This document shows positions 11,031 to 22,654 of a DNA stretch of 34,250 bases, in pieces. The stretch comes from Octopus bimaculoides. Taxonomy: Eukaryota. The notes under the pieces were generated by a model. It saw only the letters and a list, made by a program, of their open reading frames with translations, ran no database searches and was not told where the DNA came from. The stretch is taken from contig NC_068997.1 in NCBI RefSeq assembly GCF_001194135.2, forward strand, positions 39,511,893 through 39,546,142, read 5' to 3'. The number at the start of each line of letters is the position of its first letter. Positions within the stretch are counted from its first letter, which is position 1. The position numbers and the translations under genes were made by a program.

Positions 11031-12034
11031 TGATACTGAAATACATATATGTAGTTATATATAATCGTATGAGTGTACATAGATTAATACGTACGTACGT
11101 ATGTATAGATGCACGTGTGTGTGTACGTGTGTGTGTATGTCCTGTGTGTTGTGTGAGTATATAAGAGTGTATGAGTGTGTACATGCATGCACGTATAAGT
11201 ATATGTGTAGATATGTGTTTATATTGTATATATACATGTGTGTGTGTGTGAGTGTATATAAGAAAGGGGGAAAAAAAGAAAGAAATGCAAATTTGGATTT
11301 TGACCGTTGTCCGCGAAAATAGTGACATATATATGTGTGGATGGATANNNNNNNNNNNNNNNNNNNNNNNNNNNNNNNNNNNNNNNNNNNNNNNNNNNNN
11401 NNNNNNNNNNNNNNNNNNNNNNNNNNNNNNNNNNNNNNNNNNNNNNNNNNNNNNNNNNNNNNNNNNNNNNNNNNNNNNNNNNNNNNNNNNNNNNNNNNNN
11501 NNNNNNNNNNNNNNNNNNNNNNNNNNNNNNNNNNNNNNNNNNNNNNNNNNNNNNNNNNNNNNNNNNNNNNNNNNNNNNNNNNNNNNNNNNNNNNNNNNNN
11601 NNNNNNNNNNNNNNNNNNNNNNNNNNNNNNNNNNNNNNNNNNNNNNNNNNNNNNNNNNNNNNNNNNNNNNNNNNNNNNNNNNNNNNNNNNNNNNNNNNNN
11701 NNNNNNNNNNNNNNNNNNNNNNNNNNNNNNNNNNNNNNNNNNNNNNNNNNNNNNNNNNNNTCTACACACTTAAATACTCCTATACATACATGCGTACATA
11801 CGTACATAGATACATAGAGTCATACATACATGCGTACATACATAGATACATAAATACGCATGTACACATATGCATACGCCCATACATGTACACACACATA
11901 CAATACGTACATACATACATACATACACACACACATACATTTAAATGTCGAAGTGAATCTATCGGTTTTTGTTTGTTTTTAAATGGCTTATAAACACCTT
12001 CCACGCTGCAATTGTATATATACATATACATATG

Positions 12035-12082
<48 letters not shown>

Positions 12083-12477
12083 CATATATATACATAGACA
12101 TATATATACATATATATACATAGACATATATATATATATGTGTATATATACATATATATATGCATATATGTTTATATACAATAATATAAATAATATATAA
12201 ATATATGCATATATACATACATATATGTACATGCCTACATATATATGTATATATATACATGCATATATGTGTACAGGATATAAAAATATCGTAGACACAA
12301 TGAGAAACGAAAACATAAAACCCAAAACATAGAATACAAACTTTTTGGGTCCTGTACGCATATATGCATGTATCTATACGTATATATGTAGGTATGTACA
12401 TCTATGTATGTATATATGCACATATTTATATATTATTTATATTATTATATGATCGAACGCCACGCGTCGTTTTCCAA

Positions 12478-12509
<32 letters not shown>

Positions 12510-12866
12510 NNNNNNNNNNNNNNNNNNNNNNNNNNNNNNNNNNNNNNNNNNNNNNNGCGTCTGCTGTTAATCATCTGAATTGGTTAGTTTTTCATTGTTT
12601 TTTTCTTCTTGTTTTTGCCTTTGTGAGTTACAAGTGATGCTATCTGTGAGATTCTCAGCTTTTTTAGCTGCTATTTTCTGAACTTCGGTATATGGTGAAG
12701 CAAATATTTTGCTGATCCCTTAATTATATTTATAAATATATGAACTTTTGAATAAGTTCTCCACCAATAATGGTGCTTTCAAACCGATGGGCTTGGTAAA
12801 AATTATTAATTATCAATTGATTTATTAATTAATAAATTGATAATCCTTTACCCTTTTAATTTGTAA

Positions 12867-12902
<36 letters not shown>

Positions 12903-12994
12903 TGTGCAATTGCGCTATACATGAATGTATATATATATGTGCAGATTTGTATGTTTTGCTTTATGTATTATGTTTGTATGTATGTTAGAATATT

Positions 12995-13246
12995 CAACAG
13001 ACTATTACATGTAATACGCTGTTGGTCAAAATGCGCTTCGAATTGTAGCTTTCGAATGATATCGCTCTTCAGGATAGGAAGACAGGCCAACAATAGCCCC
13101 TGAAGGGGATGCCAGACCATCGCAGCGGTTTGCATCGACGTGAAATGAACTGCTTTGCTCTTGAACTTAACATACAGCCTCTGTATGAATCGAAACCATA
13201 CAGCGAACATTAGTACGGCACTCTGAGCACTAGACCTCGTGCCATC
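12995..13246 (-). mobile_element. degenerate tRNA-derived SINE with V-domain-like core
   Basis: Minus strand: GGTCTAGTGCT (A-box-like), T-arm-like CTGTATG-GTTTCGATT-CATACAG, AGAGCAAAGCAGTTCATTTCAC, then CTGCGATGGTCTGGCATCCCCTTCAGGGG (cf. V-domain CTGCGATGGACTGGC...CCAGGG). Confidence 0.6.
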
Positions 13247-13307
13247 ACATGCGCGCGCGCACACACACACACACATAGGTGCAGGTGTAGCTGCATAGTA
13301 AGAAGCT

Positions 13308-13352
<45 letters not shown>

Positions 13353-13451
13353 GTATATATATTACTTAAATTTATATAGGGTTGAAAAAAATTATAGAAA
13401 TTGTTTTCTACCAGTGGCCTAATATGTATACAAAGTCAAAAGACATTTTTC

Positions 13452-13795
13452 ATATAAAAATTAGTTTACATTTATACACAAAGAGGCAAGCTTGCACGGT
13501 GGATTTGAAAAATCATAATATATAAGGATGAGACACGTGTTATTTATTCTCTAATTTATATGCTAATGTTTTGGCGTATCCGCTGATGAGAACTTCGCGT
13601 TGCAAATTATTTTAGTTACTAATTAAAGTTCGAAACTTGAGGTCCGGCTGTAAAACATGGAAAAAGTTTTATTTTTCATTCTCTTCGAAATTGCACTTAA
13701 CTGTTCTTTTGGACATTTTGACTGTTCCTTCTAGTATGTTAGGCAACCTGTTAATGGCTTGTCTCTTTGTGTATAAATGTACACTAATTTTATAT
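13452..13795. repeat. inverted repeat pair (13452-13491 / 13757-13795) enclosing a hammerhead
   Basis: ATATAAAAATTAGTTTACATTTATACACAAAGAGGCAAGC versus the reverse complement of the right arm ATATAAAATTAGTGTACATTTATACACAAAGAGACAAGC: 2 substitutions and 1 indel. Confidence 0.9.
13566..13658 (+). ncRNA. type I hammerhead ribozyme, complete core, GUC cleavage site after 13644
   Basis: Stem I: AUGUUUU/AAAACAU (13566-72/13652-58) plus CCG/CGG (13580-82/13645-47) around an internal loop. Core CUGAUGA 13583-89. Stem II GAACUU/AAGUUC (13590-95/13626-31) with the canonical G10.1-C11.1 pair. GAAA 13632-35. Stem III AC(U)/(G)GU. Triplet GUC 13642-44. Confidence 0.88.
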
Positions 13796-14258
13796 ATATG
13801 AGAGAAAGAAAGAGAGAGAGAGAAGAGATGTATGCGCATGTGATATATAATGTGCGTCTGTATGTATGCAGATATGGGTATATAGATGGTAAGATAGCTA
13901 GATTTGTAGGTAAGTAAGTAGGTAAATACATAGGTAGATAAATACACTACTGTTTCCTCACCAGAATTTAATTTAATTTAATTGCTAGATTTTGAAAGAC
14001 CGTATAATTTATACGCTACATTCCTTTTTTACCAACATTGTGTTAGAATTTATTCGTAGATACGTATTGTATCAATAACAGAGGACCGAAGAATTCCATA
14101 TCTGACTTCATTTATAGAAGAAAACTTCTAGTCAAAATCTTTAATAATGCGCATGATGAGAGATGTCACAACATTTTATTATTCCAAATGTGATCAAACA
14201 ACAACAAAATAATTTCATAAAATCATAGCAGAACTTGTTTTGACAACCCTTTTCTATC

Positions 14259-14471
14259 TATGAGGAGGTACTGAAATGTTCCTGGTTTTAAGAGTATCAC
14301 AAAGGTTTGAGGCCCAACCTTCTGAGTTCTTCAAGGGCTTAGAAAATCTGATGAGTCACTGTAATAAGTATGTGAATCTGAGAGGAGAATATGTTGAATA
14401 AACTCATAATTAACTGATTCTCCTGTATTTTCTTTTACCTAAAGCCAGGAACTTTTCAGCACACCCTCGTA
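14259..14471 (+). mobile_element. mariner (Tc1/mariner) internal-deletion derivative or MITE with TA TSD
   Basis: Left end TATGAGGAGGTACTGAAATGTTCCTGGTTTTA matches the reverse complement of the right end TACGAGGGTGTGCTGAAAAGTTCCTGGCTTTA, with TA at both ends. The interior 14306-14401 encodes the mariner C-terminus FEAQPSEFFKGLENLMSHCNKYVNLRGEYVE*. Confidence 0.9.
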
Positions 14472-16415
14472 GACTTATATTGGTCTTGTTTCAATCGTTG
14501 AATATACATATGCGAACAATATATAAATACCATTTTAGCCCATAATATCAGATTTAAAACATAAAAGCCAGAGCACAAAGCTATATCTCAAAATATTGAC
14601 TTCAATCCTTAGTATACACCCACGATTTTAAGAGAACGATAAAGGTTGATTTAATCTAACAATACACAACTTGTGCACGTTTTACCAATTCCCGAAGAAA
14701 GAGAACTGAAGTCTGCCTTATCAAGATGTGAACTCTATCGCAGAAACAAATATACTCATCGAGTTATTTTGTGCTTTTCTCTAATTATTATACCCCGCTC
14801 TCTTTATTTTGCGAAATATTTGCAATCAATTTTTAGAAGTAATCCCACAACAAGGTATATTACATCTGGCTGACTTCAAAACTACGCGCCTATAAAAGTC
14901 AAACACGCGACAAATCTCCCAGAATTTATTACCAAAGGCTTTGTTTTCCCTTTTATTGCTTGAAACAACATTGGATGGGAGTTCAAATTAGAAGGATATG
15001 AAAATTAGATTTTCAAAGACGTTATCAGGAAAAGCTAAAAATGAAAAACATATTAAATGCATATTGCCGAAGAATCATACTGTTAAACATTCGAACTGAT
15101 AGGATACCCAACGTTTTATATATTCTCCAGAATTATTTTGGTGTTTGTTAAAAGTTTGTGAATGAGAACAGAGTTTAGAGTTTTTAGAGATGATTTGAAA
15201 TTTTACTTAAATATAAACTATTTCTAAGACTGTCGGAAATGCTATTCCGCATTTGATGTAGATTCACTGAGATATCGATATAATTAAAAAGTTTGGTAAA
15301 CTATAAAAGTATATCAAGGTTGTCAGATATCATAATTATAAACAAAATTAATTGGCCACAGAAATCTGTCTCCTTTTGTAACTAATTGCCATCGAAATGT
15401 AGACAGTATGTCCAACCGTTTGATAGTGTGGAGGACAGCAAACATACTTTTATATAATAACCAGAGAAAATAGAATATATTTAACTTAATCTCATTTCTC
15501 TTACGAGAAAATATATAAATGCTTTCAGGTATGTGAAAAGTATATTGCAAAATATTTTTTCAATATAAGTGTGTTTCAAGTTAATAATTTGAATATATTG
15601 AAATTGATTAACATTTTGTTCCACTCATTTGAAAGAATTGTCACCTGAGTGTTTAAATACTGATACTACGATGCTTTACTCCCAGACTAGATGGAGACTA
15701 GAAGATTTCTAGTCTCGGATATGAAATTAAAGTTATAAAAATATTTACTTTCTGAATAGATACTTGTTTGTAAAACTAAATCAGATAATCAAACAAATTC
15801 ACAATTAATCAAGTATTTTTGTGATTTTATTTCTATTTGCAGCAATTTGAATCCATTAACCTAAACTTAATTAATGTACTGTCCGAATTAAAATGATGTT
15901 TTCAAACTAATTTTGTAAAACATCATTTAACTTGAAAGCATAATAAATTATTTCGCAGAAGTCAAAGTTAAACTAAAAATGACAAGTTTATTTGGCGTGG
16001 GGGATTGTCTACGTTTCACCAGAGGGGCTACACAGCCTATTCAGTATTTTGCTGTAACATTTCACGTTAGTGCCATTATTTGATGGAGCAAAATGTAACG
16101 AATACCTTTATTAAAAATAGTGTAAACTATTTGCAAATTAAGATTAGATGTCAGTATTTATTTAAACACATAGACAGTTTGAGGTTATTTTTATAGACAC
16201 GAGCATAAAAGGCACAAGGGATATAATATAAAAGTAAATGAGGGATGTAGCTATGACAGTTTTGAGCACTCAAAAAGGTTTCTCTTTTCAAAACACTTTT
16301 AAACTCAGAACAAAATCGAAAATCTGCTCTCAAAGGAGAAATACGTATAAGCATGCAAACATACACTCTCATTCGAATTCATACACTCACACACGCACTC
16401 GTGCACGCACGCACG

Positions 16416-16418
<3 letters not shown>

Positions 16419-16467
<49 letters not shown>
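16419..16467. repeat. (CA)n microsatellite
   Basis: Perfect CA run. Confidence 0.97.
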
Positions 16468-16479
<12 letters not shown>

Positions 16480-17747
16480 AAAACACGTAGTGGGTGTATG
16501 CTGAGTGTTATAAGTCAATGCAATGGATAGATACCTTAAAAGAGCTGCAAAATATTTCATTAGATTAATGAAAACTATTTCTGTGCAACACCCCTGTAAT
16601 TAACATCAGATAACTAGATACCAAATAGTTTCATATCTTGTAACTTAATAAAGCTGCATAATCCGTGATAATTCAATTAAAAACAAATTTCGTCTGACCT
16701 GGACATCAATATTTTCGCATGTTGACACAAAGAAGTAGAATGAACCTAACATTTCTTATACTCTTGTTTTTTTTAGTTCGTATGCAAATAAATGTAAAAA
16801 TAGTTACAAATAGTTGAGTATTGAACGTAAACAAGAAAAGGCCAACAGAACACCGACTGTATAGATTTAAACACCAGAGACAATTGATTTGTTATCGGAT
16901 GCATTGCAGAAATCATAGATCAATTTCGGAAAGTTGTGATGAAACACTCTCATTTTATTTAACAAAAAGTATGTGTTGACTACAACACCAAATATTCTGA
17001 TGGTGCTGCAGAATTTATCCTGTGAAACTTGATTATACACAATCCTGTGAAGTGTTGAGGAACTTTAATATTTCAAATGTAATAGAATTACAAAAAATAT
17101 GTGACGAGACATTAACTGTAAGGATGTGAAGAATTAATTAAATATCAACTTTATGTGGACAGTTCAACCACTTCGTAGTAGACATTTTGTTAGGCCAGAA
17201 CACCAGAAAACTGAGAATATTTAACACTCTGGCATTAGAAACTGATCGACGTTTGCTTGAAAATTTCCATCGATATAATATATCATCCATATCAATAAAA
17301 CTAGAGGGACGTATTTAATATAGATGTAGTTTATTATATTATATATAGGAGGTGTTCATGTGATTTCGAACTTGCCACTTTCGGACTTAGTGAGAACGCT
17401 ACAATATATACCATTGAAATAATAAATTAAGCCTAAATTGCTCCCTCACCCAATATCTGTAGCCTCTTGTCAGAGTATTAATTTTGTCAAATGCAAAATG
17501 GCGAGAATTGAAATTAAGCAAAAATGAATTTAAAATCTTAAGAGTGTTTTTTTTTTTTTTTACTGAGATTTGGTAAAGGAGGAGTGACGTGAAGGTTGAT
17601 TTATAAAATGAGGTTCATAGGAGTTCGTATGTTTGAAATATATATTTCTTGGTAGATCTTTAACATTAATTGAGATGTTGTGAAAAAATAATCTTAAATA
17701 TTGAACACCCCATCTAAAAACTGAAATAATATTTAAGTAATTTGCAT

Positions 17748-17813
17748 AAAGACAGACGAAATGCCGCTAAGTATTTTGCCCCGCGCGGTAACAATTCTGA
17801 CTGCTCGCTGCTT
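17748..17813 (-). mobile_element. head-only fragment of the Meta-like SINE
   Basis: Minus strand GCAGCGAGCAGTCAGAATTGTTACCGCGCGGGGCAAAATACTTAGCGGCATTTCGTCTGTCTTT, homologous to 3547-3610. Confidence 0.8.
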
Positions 17814-17828
17814 TATTATGGAGTTTAA

Positions 17829-18046
17829 TATTGATTTCAAATTTTGGCTCAAAGCCAGCAATTTAGGGAGAGGGGAAAAATCGATTACATTGACCCCAGT
17901 AATCAACTTGCACTTATTCTGATGACCCCAGAAGAATGAAAGGCAAAATCGACCTCGACAGAATTTGAACTTAGAGAGTAAAGGCGGACGAAATACTGCT
18001 AGGCATTTTACCCGACGCGGTAAAGATTCTGCCAGCTCGTCGCCTT
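17829..18046 (-). mobile_element. Meta-like SINE, near full length
   Basis: Minus strand GGCGACGAGCTGGCAGAATC...AAGTTCAAATTCTGTCGAGGTCGATTTTGCCTTTCATTCTTCTGGGGTC...GAGCCAAAATTTGAAATC. Confidence 0.87.
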
Positions 18047-19094
18047 ATCATGAAGTACAATAATACTTATTTAATGTAGATCGCTTTACCTTTTAACTAG
18101 TTTTCACGTTAACTTACCAGACGACATAACTGAATACCAGTTGATCCCAATGGCCGCAGTTCTAGAATGATAAACAACCTTACTAAAAGGCAGATGTCTT
18201 AGACTGCATCAAAAAAGATCAGGTGGAAAAGAATCACGTCAAAAGCATCATTTTCATAAGAAAATTAGAATGTCACTAACACATTTCAACTTAAATTTCA
18301 ACATTTCAACCGCTAATTTATGTATCCTCCAACATATTTAACCGGATAGCTATTCCCCAAACCAACAAAAGCGTTCTTCTCATATGTGATCAAATATAAC
18401 ACATGTTCAGTTATGATGATCATTATATGATCAATATAACCCATTATCTCTTATCGCCTTACAACGTTTTCTCATAGAACCTGTACGAAATTCTAATTCT
18501 TTCCAAGACAACCTCGCCAAATTGATCCCCTAACATTCTGCAGTTTTCTATTTCCTAATGTAATACAGATGATACAGAATCTGGACAAAATTTAACCAGA
18601 TTAGAAATTAAAAAATTGTTGGGAAGACAATATATATCCCACCACATATTGTTCATAACATTTTTATCATAATTTCAACAATTTCTCAAGATATGAGTTA
18701 TGAGTTCAAGAAATTTTAATAAAATTGAGACCTGATAATATCTAGCATACAAACGTAAACATTTTGCTGTTTGTTTATGAATGCAATATAAATCCGATAC
18801 GAGATTTTCATATAGAAAGGTGTTGCTAATGCACCAACGGGAGCAAAACAGAAACTTCCGTAGTATTCACGATATTTCCAGTTCAAATGTGGTATTTGAC
18901 AATTTTGTAAACTGCTGACTTTATTAAGTTAGCAATACAACGAAAGTTAACCTTTTAAGCAGCATATCAAAAGTTTAATTCACTTGATATGTAAGAAAAT
19001 TTAAGAAGCTTTAAGAATATTGACAATTCACATTCCATGTAAAACAGAAAACTAAAAATTAATCTAAAGATATATTGATAATTCTTTAATAATT

Positions 19095-19336
19095 TTCCGA
19101 ACCCTAGTAAAAAACTTTTTCACTGTAACGGAATATATATATGCGCGCGCGCGAGTGTGCGTGTGTGCGTGCGTGCGTGTGTATGTGAGCGTGCGTGTGC
19201 GTCTGCGCGTGAGAGCGTGTGTATATATACACATACATATCCACCCATACATACATATATGGTATATATTTATATATTATATATATATGTATATATACAT
19301 ACATACATACATGTACACCCATACGTATATGTGTAT

Positions 19337-19412
<76 letters not shown>

Positions 19413-19417
19413 CGCAG

Positions 19418-19457
<40 letters not shown>

Positions 19458-19600
19458 TTTATAGATATAATAATATATAATACGTGATAGGTATAAGTAG
19501 GCGGATATATTTATATCCAAAATTATATATATAGATACAAACACACATACTTACGCACGCACGCACACACACATATACACACATATATATGTAAGAATGT
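19095..19600. repeat. compound (GC/GT/AT/AC)n low-complexity block with long (TA)n
   Basis: Mixed dinucleotide repeats, with a near-perfect TA run at about 19339-19410. Confidence 0.9.
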
Positions 19601-20331
19601 AGGTTTATAGTCAAATTTTATGTGAAAAGCAGTTCAGTAATGTAAGCATTATCAATATCGCATACCTAATAAGTGTGTTGTTAAACGATTTTAGCTACTG
19701 TATTACGTCTGTGAGAGATCACGTTGAAGGCGTATAGTGTTATATATACATCTATATATATGTATANNNNNNNNNNNNNNNNNNNNNNNNNNNNNNNNNN
19801 NNNNNNNNNNNNNNNNNNNNNNNNNNNNNNNNNNNNNNNNNNNNNNNNNNNNNNNNNNNNNNNNNNNNNNNNNNNNNNNNNNNNNNNNNNNNNNNNNNNN
19901 NNNNNNNNNNNNNNNNNNNNNNNNNNNNNNNNNNNNNNNNNNNNNNNNNNNNNNNNNNNNNNNNNNNNNNNNNNNNNNNNNNNNNNNNNNNNNNNNNNNN
20001 NNNNNNNNNNNNNNNNNNNNNNNNNNNNNNNNNNNNNNNNNNNNNNNNNNNNNNNNNNNNNNNNNNNNNNNNNNNNNNNNNNNNNNNNNNNNNNNNNNNN
20101 NNNNNNNNNNNNNNNNNNNNNNNNNNNNNNNNNNNNNNNNNNNNNNNNNNNNNNNNNNNNNNNNNNNNNNNNNNNNNNNNNNNNNNNNNNNNNNNNNNNN
20201 NNNNNNNNNNNNNNNNNNNNNNNNNNNNNNNNNNNNNNNNNNNNNNNNNNNNNNNNNNNNNNNNNNNNNNNNNNNNNNNNNNNNNNNNNNNNNNNNNNNN
20301 NNNNNNNNNNNNNNNNNNNNNNNNNNNNNNN

Positions 20332-20378
<47 letters not shown>

Positions 20379-20380
<2 letters not shown>

Positions 20381-20428
20381 AGGTCTGGCTTTGACACAGT
20401 TTCCGTCTACTAATTTCACTCACACAAA
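20379..20428 (-). mobile_element. short CORE-SINE internal fragment beside (CA)n
   Basis: CAGTTTCCGTCTACTAATTTCACTCAC matches 7719-7744. Confidence 0.5.
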
Positions 20429-22142
20429 ATGTTATAGTGAAAGACATATGCCCATGAGAACTTGTCTCAACACAACCAGCTTGATATTTAATTACTATCG
20501 TAAAGTAAAGAATTACATGAAAATTAAGTTCCTCAAACACTAAGCTATATCATAGGAAATAACATAGAAATGTCGGAATTTCTATAACCGAAGCTATTGT
20601 ATCTAACCCACGACTATATACTGAGGAATGAAATATGTGCAATGCTAGATTCAATAATATTTTCTGATATTATAGGTATTCAATTTAGTCTTGCTTATCA
20701 GCCAAAACGGGTACAAGAGAAACTACTTTCAATACGGTAAATGAAGAAGAAGCATTAACACGAATGATATCAATATTTCTCTTTTCTGCAAAAGACGAAA
20801 AACTTAGGTATAGTGCAAAACAACTGCGCACAAATTATGAAAAAGTGAAGTTACATTTAAAAAAGTATCAGTCGAAGCTTGTCTTATACAAGACATCTCG
20901 TAATTTATTCATATTACCAATATTGATACCACTACTTAAGCAGTGATACATCCAGTAGATATTACAGAAACAGTAATAGAAAAGCGGGAAAATAGCATTT
21001 AACCACTTTAGGTTAGATTATCACATGATATCTCCCATCTAGTAAGCAGCAAAAGGAAAAGAAATATCCCAATTAATTGCTCGCAAACTAAAAGAGCAGC
21101 ATTTGAGGTAACAGATGATGGACTTTCCTAGAAACACGGAGTTCGTAAAGATATTCCACGTGATTACCGTCAATCGTCCGTCCGGTGCCACTACCATCTG
21201 GTCATTAACAAATATATATTAGCGACAGAGGCAGTATTAATACCGAGAGGTAATATTTATCCCGACTTAAACGATGTTCTGTTTGTTCAAACAGCTTGTT
21301 TTCATTGTATGTAGCGCAGCATAGTTTGTTCTAACAGAACATCCACATTTAAGTGCAGATAAATATTATCATGTGGTCATTGGGATTGCACGATACTGCA
21401 AGCTCTCCAACCAGACCTCTGGTTTGAGGGTATGCTACTAAACGCCCTTGGGAGTCCTGTAAGGAGCCCTCAGTAAGATATGAAAGCAAAATGAAACTTC
21501 GAGTAGGGACACTATATACCAACAGAATCTTATGTACGGCTATATTAATAAAAAAAAACTGGGGAGTAATACCAATATCGGTAGGATAATAGCTGTGGCA
21601 TCACAGTAAATTTCCAAAGTTATGCTGTTGAAAATAAGGAATGTTTTAATAGATACTTTTGAAGAAAAACGATTGTGATTGCTTTTAAATGCTAACTTTA
21701 GACCCAAAATGTCGCTTATATGTGAAAAATATTACACATGTAACAGGCATCTGCAGGACAATGTTATCAAGCAGATGATATCTTTGTGATTCTGTTGTTA
21801 AAACAGTATACGATGTTATACGTAGGAAGCTCTGCCTTGAGATAAAGCTAAACAATATTTCTGATGTTGAATATGTCTGTTACAAGTCAAGAAAGAATAA
21901 TGGACTTGCACTAAATACAATCATTGCAGTCTGAGAATAAATGATCAAGACAGAAGTAAAATTTGTTTTCTGTTGTGCAAGTCAATGTCTCTTAGTAAAC
22001 TGGGTAGATGACTGTACTTACAGATCAAAATAATGAGTTGGACATTCAGTTTTTCCAACGGCTAGATGGTCATTGAAGAAATTGATAGAGGATTCATGAT
22101 TCAGTACTTTTACAGCAGGCTTAGATTTTATGTACTATAGAG

Positions 22143-22426
22143 CAGTGTTTTCCAGCATATTTTGCCTAGACTTCATGATAACTTACCAGAAAAATGTATG
22201 CCTCACCAGTGGTTGGAAAAAAATATTTTAAATATTTTATCAGTTATTTAATACAAAAGAATCTACCAGTAACTCTTTCATTAAGTACTTAATGCACAAA
22301 AAAGTACATTATTCATTAAGGAAAAAACATTTTCACACTTCACTGTATCACTTAAAAAGAAAAAAAATGAAATTGGATTCCCCGGACCACCACAATTTCC
22401 AGAGGCCCCACTGGTGGAAATCGCTT
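22143..22426. mobile_element. possible old hAT/Charlie-type MITE
   Basis: Ends CAGTGTTTTCCAGC and the reverse complement AAGCGATTTCCACC match at 10/14. Flanked by CTATAGAG (22135-42) and CTCTAGAG (22427-34), a 7/8 match resembling the NTCTAGAN 8-bp Charlie target site. Confidence 0.45.
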
Positions 22427-22543
22427 CTCTAGAGTTTTTAGAAATTGTCACAGAATCTATACAAATTCTAGTTATATAATAAATAGATAAATTGGTTTAG
22501 TTAAATTTAAAAGGAAATGATACCGCAAATTCTTCTCTGTAGA

Positions 22544-22563
22544 ACAAGACAGACAGACAGACA

Positions 22564-22650
<87 letters not shown>
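22544..22650. repeat. (AGAC)n + (AC)n microsatellite
   Basis: Direct reading of the sequence. Confidence 0.97.

Positions 22651-22654
<4 letters not shown>

Noticed and set aside
13040-13080. Minus-strand CTGAAGA...GAAAGCTA motif
   Set aside because: Stem II is poor and stem I is absent. It lies within the V-like SINE tail.
12968-13312. 114-aa minus-strand ORF that looks protein-like
   Set aside because: It overlaps a tRNA-derived SINE and microsatellites, so the open frame is incidental.
14348-14354. CTGATGA hammerhead-like core
   Set aside because: It lies in mariner codons (NLMS), has no downstream GAAA at a stem II base, and has no stem I.
15694-15716. 10-bp perfect hairpin GAGACTAGAA-GAT-TTCTAGTCTC
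   Set aside because: The length is near chance expectation for a 34-kb AT-rich window, and there is no supporting context.
17919-17945. CTGATGA...GAAA spacing like a hammerhead
   Set aside because: The intervening CCCCAGAAGAAT cannot pair. It is a mutated SINE core (reverse complement of GCCTTTCATCC...GGGGTCGATAA).
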